From the IMG/VR virus record IMGVR_UViG_3300048857_000017, positions 1-42,809 of that record: a stretch of DNA of 42,809 nucleotides; one strand, written 5' to 3'. This document shows positions 17,997-26,998 of this stretch, one piece after another; the stretch's first letter is position 1, and each line of letters begins with the position of its first letter. The stretch is from a virus (lineage: Duplodnaviria; Caudoviricetes). Below the pieces are notes generated by a model, which was not told the DNA's origin, did not search any database, and saw nothing but the letters and a program-made list of their open reading frames with translations. Made by a program: the position numbers and the translations under genes.

Positions 17997-19227
17997 TGGT
18001 CGGTCCTTTCTGGGTCATGGGGTTGCGCAACTTGTCCGCCTCCGGGTCGTTGGATCGCGGATAGTCCTGGAGCTCGCGCACTTCGTTCTGGGTGTTCCAG
18101 GGGGCCTGGCCGCCTGCGCCAAGGGCCTTGGCGAAGTAGTCTGCCTGGTCTTTTAGGGTGCCGCGCAGAAGCGCCCGCTCGTTGAACTTGGCTGTCAGGT
18201 AATCCAGCTCGCTCTCTTCCAGCAGCACCCGCATGACCGCCTGTTCCCAGGCGGTGAACCAATACTGCAGGCCGTACTGCACGAAAAAGATGCCGAGTTG
18301 CTCGATCCCGGACCCCCAACTGGTGTCGTCCATCATCAAGAGCGGCCGCGGCACGCCAAACGCTCGGGCAACCTCCTCGATCTGGGCGTTGCGGTTCTCG
18401 ATGTGCTGCGCCTGGGCGGACGTCGTAGCGAACTTATTTGCTTTGGCGCCCTCCTCCAGGAGCATCCAGCGCTCGGCGTTCTCCGCGCCGGCGTAGTCCT
18501 CGTCCAGGGAGTGGCGCATACGGGTGTACGCCTGATCGGACAATGCCTTGGGGACCTCTACGGCGCCACCGGCCATATTGCCGGTGCGAAACACGCGCCC
18601 GGCGGCTCTCTCCGCGTCCTGGGCCAGCTGTATGGCATCCCGCGCCAAGCGCATCCGCGAGATGCCTTCCACGCCGTCCATGGACAGATCCCGGAGATGG
18701 AATATGTCGCGAGTCCCCAGCGTGATCGTGCCGCCATCCGGCCGGATGTACTGGTACTGCATCTTCCACCCTGCAGTTAGGGTCGGTTCAACCGTCCCCC
18801 GCTCCAGCGGAATCATCGCTATGGGCCTTCCCGCCGACCAAATCACGCGTGCATAGGCGTTGCCCTCGGCGAGCGCATGCAACTGCATTTGTGACTTGAA
18901 CTCGAAGGGCGTCTGCCAGCCGTTGGGCTTGAGTTTCAGCAGCCGGTAACCAGGGTGTTCCTTGGCCAGCGCCTTGCTGTCGTCGTTGTGCAACAGGTTC
19001 AGCGGAAGCATGCCGATCGACGTAGAGATCAGCGACACGCACCGAAGCGCCGCCATGTTGCGCAGCTCGTGCATGCGCCGCCCATAGTCGCCGCTTCGGA
19101 CGTACTCCAGGAGCGCGGGATCATCCAGGCTCTTGAAGACCTCGCCGCCTGTCTGCTGCGCCAGAACCGACGGGCGCGCCTCGGCCTCCGGCGAGTTTGC
19201 TCGCCGGAATCGGTCAAAAAGTCCCAT
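17962..19227 (-). CDS. HK97-family portal protein
   Basis: KPNGWQTPFEF, GNAYA, IFHLR, EEVARAFGVP, NEVR. Confidence 0.93.
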   Translation of the reverse strand: MGLFDRFRRANSPEAEARPSVLAQQTGGEVFKSLDDPALLEYVRSGDYGRRMHELRNMAALRCVSLISTSIGMLPLNLLHNDDSKALAKEHPGYRLLKLKPNGWQTPFEFKSQMQLHALAEGNAYARVIWSAGRPIAMIPLERGTVEPTLTAGWKMQYQYIRPDGGTITLGTRDIFHLRDLSMDGVEGISRMRLARDAIQLAQDAERAAGRVFRTGNMAGGAVEVPKALSDQAYTRMRHSLDEDYAGAENAERWMLLEEGAKANKFATTSAQAQHIENRNAQIEEVARAFGVPRPLLMMDDTSWGSGIEQLGIFFVQYGLQYWFTAWEQAVMRVLLEESELDYLTAKFNERALLRGTLKDQADYFAKALGAGGQAPWNTQNEVRELQDYPRSNDPEADKLRNPMTQKGPTNEPAATARNQG

Positions 19228-19235
19228 TGGTTCCC

Positions 19236-20918
19236 TTAGATGAAGCGTATGCCGCGCGTCTCGTAAACCGAGCTGCCGACCGCCTCCGGATTCAGCGCCA
19301 TCAGGTGCGCCGCGTTCAAAAGTGCCATCAGCGGGTCGATCTTGGCCGTCCCGCTGGCTTGCTTTGTGATCAGAATCGAGTTGGCGCGGGGCTCGATGCG
19401 CGCATTGCTTACGCACCAGGCCATCATTGGCCGGCCGCCATGATCGAAAGCGCCCTCAGCAAGCTTGCGTTCGACGGTCTTTATCGTGCCGCCAAGCCGC
19501 CAGCCCTGCGAAATCCCCACCAACATCGTTTCCGTGACGCCAGCCATGGCCAGCGCTTCCTCGAAATTGACCCCGCTGGGGTCGGCTCCAACCGCGTTTT
19601 TCTCCGGCAACAACCCGGTTTCGACGATCCGCTCAGCGATCGCGCCCAGCTCCTCGACGTCCTCGCCGATCTGGCGCACCAGCACCAAGTCACCATCGCG
19701 CTCGAAGTCCCTCAGTCGCGGCGCGATTTCCATTCGACGCTGCAGCACGGACGGATGCGCCCACGCCCGACCCCAATGCAGCCAACGCCCGGTCACCCGC
19801 TCGCGTCCGATGACGGCCACGCCCAGCAGATCATCCAGGCCGCCGCCGTCGATCCCTAGCGTCACAACTTCCGACCGCTCCAGCAGCGCATCCAGCGTCA
19901 GCGCGCGATCGCCCTGCGCCTCCCAGTGATCAGCGCCCGCCCACCGGTCGGAACGCAGGTTCAGCCCGATTTCGACGTTCAGGTGTTTGGCCAGGAACTG
20001 CTGGAAGGACCCGTCCTGCTTCGCCTGGTTCTTGCGCAGCTGGTCTTCCAGCCATTCCCGGCTGACGGATCGACCGAGATTCGGATTGGTGATGTGGAAG
20101 TTCTCCGGGTCCATATAGGCCTTGGACGCCACCATATCCTCTGGAAACTCGTACAGCACACCAAGCGACTTCGGATCGACGATTTTTCCGTCGCGCACGT
20201 CGCGGTAGTAGTCCAGCTTTTCCTTGAAGACCCCGGCTGGCGGATCGTCGCTCTGCGTCGACAGGTAGATCACCCATCCCTCATTGCGCGACACCTGCCC
20301 ACCGGTGGCTTCCATGAACATCGCTGCAGCATTGGCCCGCTTGCCAAACACCCAGTGCTCGTCCACCAAGATCCGGCCAGACTTCTTTCCGGACACCGTA
20401 TCAGTATCGGCTGCCACAACCTTCAGGCTGGCGCGCGTCACCCGATGCGTGATTGTCCGGTAGTGGTCTTGGACGTGGAAGATCTCGCTCAGCTCCTCGT
20501 CTGCCCGTACCATGCCGGCCGCTGGCTTGAAGCTGTTGTCCGCCACTTCCTTGGTCGGGGCCAGAATCAGATGCTCCTCTTCCTCGCGCCAGCACAGCAG
20601 CACCGCGGTCAGCATGATCCCCGCCGCGATGGTCGATTTGGTGTTCTTCTTGCTGATGAGGAGGAAGAATTCCCGAATCAGCTGGTTTCCCGTCTCCGCG
20701 TCATAGGCGCCGAAGATAGCCCTGACGAAGTCGAACACCCATTGTTCGCTGCACTCGCCGAAGGTCGGCTTGCCGGGCAAGTCCACCACCCGCAGTTCCT
20801 TGAATATCGCAAGGGCCGCGTCCGCCTGGTCGGCGAAGATCGGAGGCGGGATGATGGACTGGCCCGCGCGCAGCCGATCCGCCCAGTCTGGGCAGGCCGT
20901 ACTCCATTCCATGGTCAC
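19236..20918 (-). CDS. terL: Terminase large subunit
   Basis: Walker A-like ISKKNTKST, Walker B ILVDE, nuclease motifs GIDGGGLDDL and KIDPLMA. Confidence 0.95.
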   Translation of the reverse strand: MTMEWSTACPDWADRLRAGQSIIPPPIFADQADAALAIFKELRVVDLPGKPTFGECSEQWVFDFVRAIFGAYDAETGNQLIREFFLLISKKNTKSTIAAGIMLTAVLLCWREEEEHLILAPTKEVADNSFKPAAGMVRADEELSEIFHVQDHYRTITHRVTRASLKVVAADTDTVSGKKSGRILVDEHWVFGKRANAAAMFMEATGGQVSRNEGWVIYLSTQSDDPPAGVFKEKLDYYRDVRDGKIVDPKSLGVLYEFPEDMVASKAYMDPENFHITNPNLGRSVSREWLEDQLRKNQAKQDGSFQQFLAKHLNVEIGLNLRSDRWAGADHWEAQGDRALTLDALLERSEVVTLGIDGGGLDDLLGVAVIGRERVTGRWLHWGRAWAHPSVLQRRMEIAPRLRDFERDGDLVLVRQIGEDVEELGAIAERIVETGLLPEKNAVGADPSGVNFEEALAMAGVTETMLVGISQGWRLGGTIKTVERKLAEGAFDHGGRPMMAWCVSNARIEPRANSILITKQASGTAKIDPLMALLNAAHLMALNPEAVGSSVYETRGIRFI

Positions 20919-21223
20919 TTACCGCCGACGACACGCAGCGCCGGAGGCGCAGGCGGCGCAAACCGGCCGGAGGCCTTCCTCGCCGCTTCATTCTTGGCTT
21001 CCTTCTTGCCGGGCTCCGCTACCTTTCCGTGCACGTACGGCATGAGCGCCTTCGCGGCGTCCGCGCGCACTTTCATCTCCGTCGCCGGGTCATTCATAAC
21101 CGCCACCAGGAACGCCTTCGGGTCCTTGGTCAATAGCGCCGGCGAATCGCTCAGATTCGGCGGTTTCTTCGGACGGCCAGCCCCCGGCCGGGCCCCACCG
21201 CTTCGGCCTGGTTTGCCTGCCAT
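20915..21223 (-). CDS. terS: Terminase small subunit
   Basis: MAGKPGRSGGARPGAGRPKK...RADAAKALMPYVH, with a 4-nt overlap with terL. Confidence 0.8.
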   Translation of the reverse strand: MAGKPGRSGGARPGAGRPKKPPNLSDSPALLTKDPKAFLVAVMNDPATEMKVRADAAKALMPYVHGKVAEPGKKEAKNEAARKASGRFAPPAPPALRVVGGK

Positions 21224-21235
21224 TTGAATACCGTT

Positions 21236-21320
21236 TGAATAGGGAAAATTTTCTCTGCGTGAGGGAACTGGCGGTTTCCGGGACCGAATCGGCCCAGACT
21301 TTCGACCGCCCCCCCCAAGT
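21236..21320 (-). other. Probable cos/packaging region
   Basis: Between the HNH and terS genes. G8 run followed by GAAAGT...CCGCC...AGAGAAAATTTT, typical of HNH-assisted cos phages. Confidence 0.5.
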
Positions 21321-21323
21321 CTG

Positions 21324-21674
21324 TCACCGTCGCCTCGGGCCGCCCGGCGGCCGCCGCTCATCGGCCGTCTTCGCCGCGTGGCAGCCCTGCTTCCTACCGC
21401 GCTCGTCCCGCCAGGCACACAGCACCTGGCAGTTCGCATCCGTGTCCGGGCCGCCTTGGTCCAGCCGCACCACGTGATCCACCTCAAACCCGACAGCGGA
21501 TCTGCCATCCAGCGACACCAGCTGACCGCAGCAAGCGCAGTAGGGATTGGCCTGCCACAGCCGGAGGCGACGGGCCTGCAACTGGCGGCCCGCCGTTCGT
21601 TGCTCGCTGGGTGTGGGTGCCAACTGGCGGGTACGGCCAACCGCGGCCATCCTGGGTTTCAGCGTCCGTAGCAT
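21324..21674 (-). CDS. Packaging-associated HNH endonuclease (HK97 gp74-like)
   Basis: CACCG...EVDHVVRLDQGG...NCQVLC...CHAAKT, upstream of terS. Confidence 0.85.
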   Translation of the reverse strand: MLRTLKPRMAAVGRTRQLAPTPSEQRTAGRQLQARRLRLWQANPYCACCGQLVSLDGRSAVGFEVDHVVRLDQGGPDTDANCQVLCAWRDERGRKQGCHAAKTADERRPPGGPRRR

Positions 21675-21856
21675 CGAAACCAGCCGTGGCCAGGGCGATG
21701 ATCCAGCCCGTACATGTCCACCCGCTCCCGGCATACCTGCCAAGCGCTTCGGCCGTCCGCAGCTTGCGCGGACATCGGCGTGCAGCCTATGCCTTCCACC
21801 CGATCGGACAGCACCATTCGGCCGTCCTCATGTCGGCAGAGATAGAACTGTTCCAT
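21659..21856 (-). CDS. Hypothetical phage protein
   Basis: 65-aa ORF overlapping the HNH start. Confidence 0.45.
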   Translation of the reverse strand: MEQFYLCRHEDGRMVLSDRVEGIGCTPMSAQAADGRSAWQVCRERVDMYGLDHRPGHGWFRCYGR

Positions 21857-22024
21857 GTCTGTGCGCCAAAACGAACGCCCCGCCGAGCTGGACTCAGGCG
21901 GGGCGCTAGGTGCCGCTGCCGCGGCGGAGGGGATTGTTGCGTTTTATCTCTGCCTTGCTTTGGCTTGGATACATTTTCGACTTCGGACTACGCTACCTCC
22001 GCCAAACGATGGAGGAGAAGACCA

Positions 22025-22252
22025 ATGGCGCAATATAAGTACCCACAAATTCTCACTCAGAATCAACACCAAGCATTCGACCAGCTCCACGGACCAGGTC
22101 AAGTTGTGCCCTTTTCTGGAATTTATCGATGCGCTGGATGCGCGAAAGAAATCGCCGCTAATCAGCGAGATCCCTTCCCGCCACAAAATCATCACCAGCA
22201 CAATCAAACGCAGGGGACAATCCGCTGGCAGTTGATCATCGCAACCAGTTGA
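22025..22252 (+). CDS. Small Cys/His-rich moron protein (YjzC-like zinc ribbon)
   Basis: GGAGGAG RBS. PGQVVPFSGIYRCAGC...FPPQNHHQH...IRWQL. Lower GC, opposite strand. Confidence 0.75.
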   Translation: MAQYKYPQILTQNQHQAFDQLHGPGQVVPFSGIYRCAGCAKEIAANQRDPFPPQNHHQHNQTQGTIRWQLIIATS

Positions 22253-22258
22253 GAAACC

Positions 22259-22297
22259 AAAAAGCCCGCGGCTCTCGCCAGCGGGCTTCCGTTTTTC
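22259..22297. terminator. Bidirectional intrinsic terminator
   Basis: AAAAAGCCCGC...GCGGGCTTCCGTTTTT between convergent genes. Confidence 0.65.
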
Positions 22298-22517
22298 AGT
22301 CATGGGCTTGCGCTTCAGCCCGATCGCGGAGCCGAAGCTCTTGGCGGGTCAAATCGCCGAAATACTTGCGAGCATTGCCGCACATCCAGCACGAGCAAGG
22401 TTTCGGCGTATCGACCGCACGGCCCACCAATTCTGCCGGCAGCTTCCTTCCCCACCACACCTGACGCTTCTTCTTGAGTCGAGCTATCTCGGCCCGTCGC
22501 TGAGCTATCCCAACCAT
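22296..22517 (-). CDS. Small basic protein with CSCWMC motif
   Basis: AAGGAG RBS and TPKPCSCWMCGNARK. First ORF of the late transcript. Confidence 0.65.
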   Translation of the reverse strand: MVGIAQRRAEIARLKKKRQVWWGRKLPAELVGRAVDTPKPCSCWMCGNARKYFGDLTRQELRLRDRAEAQAHD

Positions 22518-22546
22518 CGCACACTCCTTCAAACCCTAGAGGTGCG

Positions 22547-22643
22547 AAAGCCCGCTCAACCTTTCGATTGGCGGGCTACGTTTCTTCAGGGCGAGCGAAC
22601 CCGCCTTGGGTGCGATTATGAGGCAACCAATCCCGTCGCGCAA
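22547..22643 (-). promoter_or_regulatory. Late promoter (pR'-like) with downstream terminator
   Basis: TTGCGC(22643-22638)-17 bp-CATAAT(22620-22615), then an AGCCCGC hairpin + TTT at 22547-22577, immediately downstream of the Q-like gene. Confidence 0.7.
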
Positions 22644-22648
22644 TACCC

Positions 22649-23167
22649 TCACGCCGCAATCTTCACCAGCTCACGCCGGCGCAACAGCGGCAAGATCTGC
22701 AGCTTCGCTTCCTGATACCGACGATGCTGCTCCTCCGCCGAACAGCGCGGATTGCGGTAGACCTCCACGCCAGCCGCGCGGTTAGCCGTACGCAGGCCCA
22801 CCGCGGCACGCAGATCCACCGGCAGGGCCGCCAGGCACGCTTCTACCTGTTCGGCGATCAGCCGATTCAAGCGCGCCTCACGGTCTTCATCGTCGTCGTG
22901 GACGTCACTGCTATCCGCGTACTGGAACCCAGGCGACACGCGGCTGTATCCCAACTGCTCGCGGTGTGCCTTGGCCCAGTAATACCAGGTCAGTAGCAAT
23001 TCTTCGATCTGTTCGCTCTCGTCCCTTGTCATCACGATCACCCCTTTTCTCCAAAGTGCCCCGAAGGGGTCTTGCTTGATCGGTCCCAGGCGCCGGGATC
23101 TCATCCCTTCCATTCGCTCATACACCTTCGCCGGATCACCCATCTGCCACCGCATCAGGGAGCTCAC
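22649..23167 (-). CDS. Late gene activator / antiterminator Q-like (start may be 23032)
   Basis: IEELLLTWYYW...QVEACLAALPVDLRAAV, positioned just before the late promoter. Confidence 0.6.
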   Translation of the reverse strand: MSSLMRWQMGDPAKVYERMEGMRSRRLGPIKQDPFGALWRKGVIVMTRDESEQIEELLLTWYYWAKAHREQLGYSRVSPGFQYADSSDVHDDDEDREARLNRLIAEQVEACLAALPVDLRAAVGLRTANRAAGVEVYRNPRCSAEEQHRRYQEAKLQILPLLRRRELVKIAA

Positions 23168-23583
23168 GACACGCCCGCCATCGCGTCGAAAGCCTCGGTA
23201 GGCTCTGGGATACCCAGATAGCTCAAAATCGCTTCCTTGGCCGGCTGGAAGCCTCGGCAGACCTCCACGCGGTATCCGTTGTCCGCCAGATTCGCGTGCC
23301 AGCGCTTCTGGTCATCGCTCACCACGCCGCCCGTCGGCGGTTTCATCTCGATCCACAAGCCGTGGTGGGCTTGGGAGGGAACCGGCAAGAAGAGATCCGG
23401 CACGCCACGCTTCACACCCAGCAGCTTCATCAGCGCGCCTTGCGTCGGATGCCGATGCCCACCATTGGGCACGTGGAACAACAGACCCAGCGCCGGGATC
23501 TGCTGGCGGTTCCTGAGCGACCACTGGATCAGCGCCACCTGTTCGGCGGCTTCGGGATCAAGTTCGTTTCGCTTGCCTGCCAC
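23164..23583 (-). CDS. VRR-NUC domain nuclease
   Basis: FHVPNGG, GVKRGVPDLFL, LWIEMK, QKRWH. Confidence 0.9.
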   Translation of the reverse strand: MAGKRNELDPEAAEQVALIQWSLRNRQQIPALGLLFHVPNGGHRHPTQGALMKLLGVKRGVPDLFLPVPSQAHHGLWIEMKPPTGGVVSDDQKRWHANLADNGYRVEVCRGFQPAKEAILSYLGIPEPTEAFDAMAGVS

Positions 23584-23594
23584 TGCCTCTCTCC

Positions 23595-23872
23595 TCGTCG
23601 AACCCGGTTCGACGAAATTGACGATTTAAGAATTGCGTAAGGTGATTTCGTCGAACTGTCAGCATTTCGTCAAAGGGTCTTCGACGACGTAGACCCGCAT
23701 AAACAAAGGCTCTTCTCCAAAAAAGTCTAATAAACACACATATGTTTGTGTATTACCTTTTTAGGGTTATCCCAGGGAGACACACGGACGCTGTCGCGAT
23801 TCGACGAAATCCCGTCAAACCCGCATGAATGCTTGTTCTACGTCGTCGAAGCCTGTTCGACGAATTCGACGA
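23595..23872. repeat. Putative replication origin with TTCGACGA iterons around an AT-rich core
   Basis: Eight perfect TTCGACGA/TCGTCGAA copies (23595, 23608, 23648, 23680, 23800, 23843, 23856, 23865) flanking AT-rich 23700-23770, directly downstream of the primase gene. Confidence 0.75.
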
Positions 23873-23874
23873 TT

Positions 23875-26157
23875 TCACGGTGAATCCCCGGGGGAGATAC
23901 TGTCGGCGTCGACGCTGACAGCAACGTAGGCCTGGCGCTTTCTGCCGGCCATGCTAGCCATCTCGACAAAGGCGATGTCGCCCAGGAACTGCAGGCTCGA
24001 CAGCACGTTCTCCTGGCCGCGGCGGTCCACCTGGCTAAAGCGCCGGCTCTTGCGCGCCAACTCGCGCACGGTGAGTCCCTGTTCGCCGGCGGCCAGGATC
24101 AGCGCATAGACCTGCTTCTTCAGGGCATCGAATTCGCTATCGGACACGCAGGTACGCAGGCGCTCGGCTGTGCGGCGGGCGAAATGGCGGGCGTAGTCAA
24201 TCGCCCACCGCGCGTGGTCGTCCGTGACGCTGGATGCTCGGCAGCCGACCGCCACGACCAGGGCAAGACGCATGGCGATCTCGCGCGTCCGACCGAACAT
24301 TTCGGCCATGCCGGCGTCTTCGTACGCGTCCATGTCGGCCAGGCACTCGGTTTCGAAGGCATCGAAGAGCCGCTGGGCTGCCGCGGTGATTCCCACGACC
24401 TGGGCGATGGGCTCCAAGCTGGCGTTGGTGTCAGGGCTCACCAGCTGAGTGCCGGGCATGGACCGGACCTCTGCCGCCCACTCGCGGATGGACTGGGGTA
24501 GGTCCGTAAGTTCGGGCGATCGTGAGGGCTGACGGCCGATGTCGCTTTCGACGGTCAGAAACCGGTTCAAGAAGCCGTCGCGCGCCGCGGCCGACCCGAT
24601 GCTGTCGAAGAAGCTCTCTGGCGTAGTCATCGCCAGGAGCGTCAATGCCGGGTTGCGCACCGTGCGTTCGGCAAGCTTGGCTGCCTCGGACGCCGACATG
24701 CCGAATGTGGAATAGCCCTGCGGACGCATGGCGCCGTCGCACCGGCCCCAGACCTCCATCAGCGCGCGCAAGGTCGACTGCGCCCGGTTGTTGTGCTTGA
24801 CGCTGGCGGACTCCAGCACCTTGCCGAACTCGTCGATAACGGTGAAGTGAGACGGCTGGTGCAGCAGCGCCGACAAAAGGCCCGAATCGCTGGTGTAAGA
24901 AGCTGGCCCGATCAGGCGGGAAAGGCCGCATTGGTCCAGCGCCTTTTCTACGGCCCACTTCGCGTGTTCCTTGCCGCTGGCGGACTTTCCGATGTTCAGT
25001 AGATAAAGCGACGGCCAGTTGCGCTGCGTGGTAACGAACCGCCGGCCCATGACGGCGCAGCAGAACGCAATGGCCGCCTGGACTGCGAACTGCGGTTGCG
25101 GCTTCCGTGAGGTGGCGTCGACCCAGCGCGCCATGTCGCCCAGGATGCCAGGCGGGTTTAGCAGGTTGGCGGGCGCGTCGGCGGCAGGCACCGGCGTGGC
25201 GATGACAACCTGGGTGGCCGGCACCGGCGTCGTGGCCCGGGCGTTGATCCAGCCACGGGCCTGGGCCATGGCAAAGATGGTCGCCTTCGATACGCCAGCC
25301 AAGCCCTTGTTGCGGAATGACGCCCAGACGCGCGTGCAGTCGCGGGCGTCGTACTTTGCGGAGGACTGGCTCCAGGCGTCCCAGAGCATGAAGGCTTCAC
25401 CGCCTGCGGCGGTGGAGTGCAACGCCATGCCAACCTGCACCCAATCGTCTCGGTCGTCGCTCGGGATGGCCTGGAGGGCGGATTGCAGGTCGGCGCGGTC
25501 GTGGTCGGACAGCGCACGTGGCTCGGCCGGCGGGAGCGCTGGGGAAGCAGCGGCACCTCCAAACGTGCCGCGCAACCAGTCTGGCAGCGGCGGCGGCATG
25601 ACGCCTTCCAGCGGGTTGCTGGAGGCCTCCCACTGGTAGGTGCGGCCGGACAGGTGCCTGGACGGCTCGGCGATGATGTAGCCATTGCGCTTGACGTCCA
25701 CGCCGGCGCCGAGCTTGCCGGGGAGCGCCAAGCCTTCGTCCGGATCCAGACGGAAGATGCGGTGCTCCCCTCCTCCGCCCGTCAGCTGCAGCACGTCAGA
25801 CACCAGGCCGCCGTGCTTCGCTTCCAGGTCGTCAATCGAGTCCCAGCCGCCATTACGCGGGTCGATGTCGATGGCCACCAGCCCGGAGGGCTTGAGCATG
25901 ATGGCGATATTGGCATCAGGCGCGGACGTCCACCAGGCGCGGATCTTTGCCGCGTCGGTCGTTGCGTCATCCTGGCCCTTCTTAGCGAGCCAGCCGATCG
26001 GATGTTTGCCCGGACTCTTGCATTCGGCGTTGTTGCAGCTGCAAGCCCCGTCCTCGATGCTGAAGGCGGGGAAGACATGCCAGCCCAAGCTGGCGTAAGC
26101 GAGCGCGTAATCAAGCGCCGTTGTGGGCGCCTGCTGCAGAGGAATGACGGCCGCCAT
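23875..26157 (-). CDS. Bifunctional primase-polymerase with PriCT-2 and helicase-like (DUF3987-like) domains
   Basis: GWHVFP...GKHP...AIDIDPRNGG (Prim-Pol), WVQVGMALH...WDAWSQSSAKY (PriCT-2), GKSASGKE and VIDEFG (P-loop). Confidence 0.88.
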   Translation of the reverse strand: MAAVIPLQQAPTTALDYALAYASLGWHVFPAFSIEDGACSCNNAECKSPGKHPIGWLAKKGQDDATTDAAKIRAWWTSAPDANIAIMLKPSGLVAIDIDPRNGGWDSIDDLEAKHGGLVSDVLQLTGGGGEHRIFRLDPDEGLALPGKLGAGVDVKRNGYIIAEPSRHLSGRTYQWEASSNPLEGVMPPPLPDWLRGTFGGAAASPALPPAEPRALSDHDRADLQSALQAIPSDDRDDWVQVGMALHSTAAGGEAFMLWDAWSQSSAKYDARDCTRVWASFRNKGLAGVSKATIFAMAQARGWINARATTPVPATQVVIATPVPAADAPANLLNPPGILGDMARWVDATSRKPQPQFAVQAAIAFCCAVMGRRFVTTQRNWPSLYLLNIGKSASGKEHAKWAVEKALDQCGLSRLIGPASYTSDSGLLSALLHQPSHFTVIDEFGKVLESASVKHNNRAQSTLRALMEVWGRCDGAMRPQGYSTFGMSASEAAKLAERTVRNPALTLLAMTTPESFFDSIGSAAARDGFLNRFLTVESDIGRQPSRSPELTDLPQSIREWAAEVRSMPGTQLVSPDTNASLEPIAQVVGITAAAQRLFDAFETECLADMDAYEDAGMAEMFGRTREIAMRLALVVAVGCRASSVTDDHARWAIDYARHFARRTAERLRTCVSDSEFDALKKQVYALILAAGEQGLTVRELARKSRRFSQVDRRGQENVLSSLQFLGDIAFVEMASMAGRKRQAYVAVSVDADSISPGDSP

Positions 26158-26182
26158 TACCGGCGCGTCCTATAGGGCGGTG

Positions 26183-26620
26183 TCATTCGGCCATGCCCTC
26201 GAGGCAGGCGACCAGCGTCGCGACCTTGGACATAGCCTCCAGCGCCTGCTGGCGGATGGCCCCGATCTCCTTTTGGTCGACCTTGCCGTCCGAAAGCGCC
26301 GTATGGATCGTCTGCATGTACTGGCCGACCTGGGTCACCAACGAGCAGGTATCCGCCAGCACGTCCATGTCCGAGACGCCGGCCGCGGGAATCGGCACGG
26401 TGACTCGGCCAAGTTCCGCGGCAAACGCGTCCAGCATGCGCGCGTCGCCCGTCACCACCGATATTCGGACTGCCTCATCCCAGGCCAGACGGTGCGTATC
26501 GTTCTGGGGGTTGACCTTGTTGCGCAGCACGGCCGGCGAGACACCCACGCGCGGGCCCAGCGACTCGCTGCCGCCCGGGTAATCGTGGACGGTGGCGTAG
26601 GCGGCGTCGGTGGTGTTCAT
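26183..26620 (-). CDS. CII-like regulatory protein
   Basis: TVHDYPGGSESLGPRVG...LRNKVNP...HRL...ALSDGKVDQKE, downstream of cro. Confidence 0.8.
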   Translation of the reverse strand: MNTTDAAYATVHDYPGGSESLGPRVGVSPAVLRNKVNPQNDTHRLAWDEAVRISVVTGDARMLDAFAAELGRVTVPIPAAGVSDMDVLADTCSLVTQVGQYMQTIHTALSDGKVDQKEIGAIRQQALEAMSKVATLVACLEGMAE

Positions 26621-26642
26621 TGGGGACAGGCTCCGAACGTGT

Positions 26643-26915
26643 TTATGGTTGAGCTGCGCGGGTACGATGCGACGCAACATGAACAGATGCCACTACGCTT
26701 GGTTTCTCTACCTCCGTCGACTCCGCGTAGACGTCATCTAGTGTGATGTCCGTTCCGCATTGGTGCGCAAAGGCGACCAGCCGCCTGGCGACCTTCGGTG
26801 GCATCACTTGTCCGTGTTCGTAAAGCGAGACGTTGCCCTGCGTGACCCCGAGCCCGTCGGCCAGGGCCTGCTGCGTTAAACCTAAGCGATTGCGGATCGA
26901 TCGGATGGCGTTCAT
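26643..26915 (-). CDS. cro: Cro-like HTH repressor
   Basis: LGLTQQALADGLGVTQGNVSLYEHG, divergent from cI. Confidence 0.85.
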   Translation of the reverse strand: MNAIRSIRNRLGLTQQALADGLGVTQGNVSLYEHGQVMPPKVARRLVAFAHQCGTDITLDDVYAESTEVEKPSVVASVHVASHRTRAAQP

Positions 26916-26921
26916 CCGTTC

Positions 26922-26986
26922 ATTATCAGTCGGACTGCTTACACAGTCAACAGTCCGACTAATTGCAAACTATCAGCCCTACTAAT
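26922..26986. promoter_or_regulatory. OR operators and PR
   Basis: ATCAGTCGGACTGCT (26925), AACAGTCCGACTAAT (26949), ATCAGCCCTACTAAT (26972). Minus-strand TTGACT-17-GATAAT. Confidence 0.85.
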
Positions 26987-26998
26987 ATCGTTGCGCGC

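Noticed and set aside
6418-21227. Long plus-strand ORFs over structural genes (e.g. 12206-13528, 16932-18185, 19926-21227)
   Set aside because: Shadow ORFs expected from GC-rich codon usage. I saw no RBS or coupling at their ends, and they face against the late transcript. They are a reason for caution on the top finding.
23595-23872. Short repeats as a CRISPR or guide-RNA array
   Set aside because: Only 8 bp long, in both orientations and irregularly spaced, which fits iterons.
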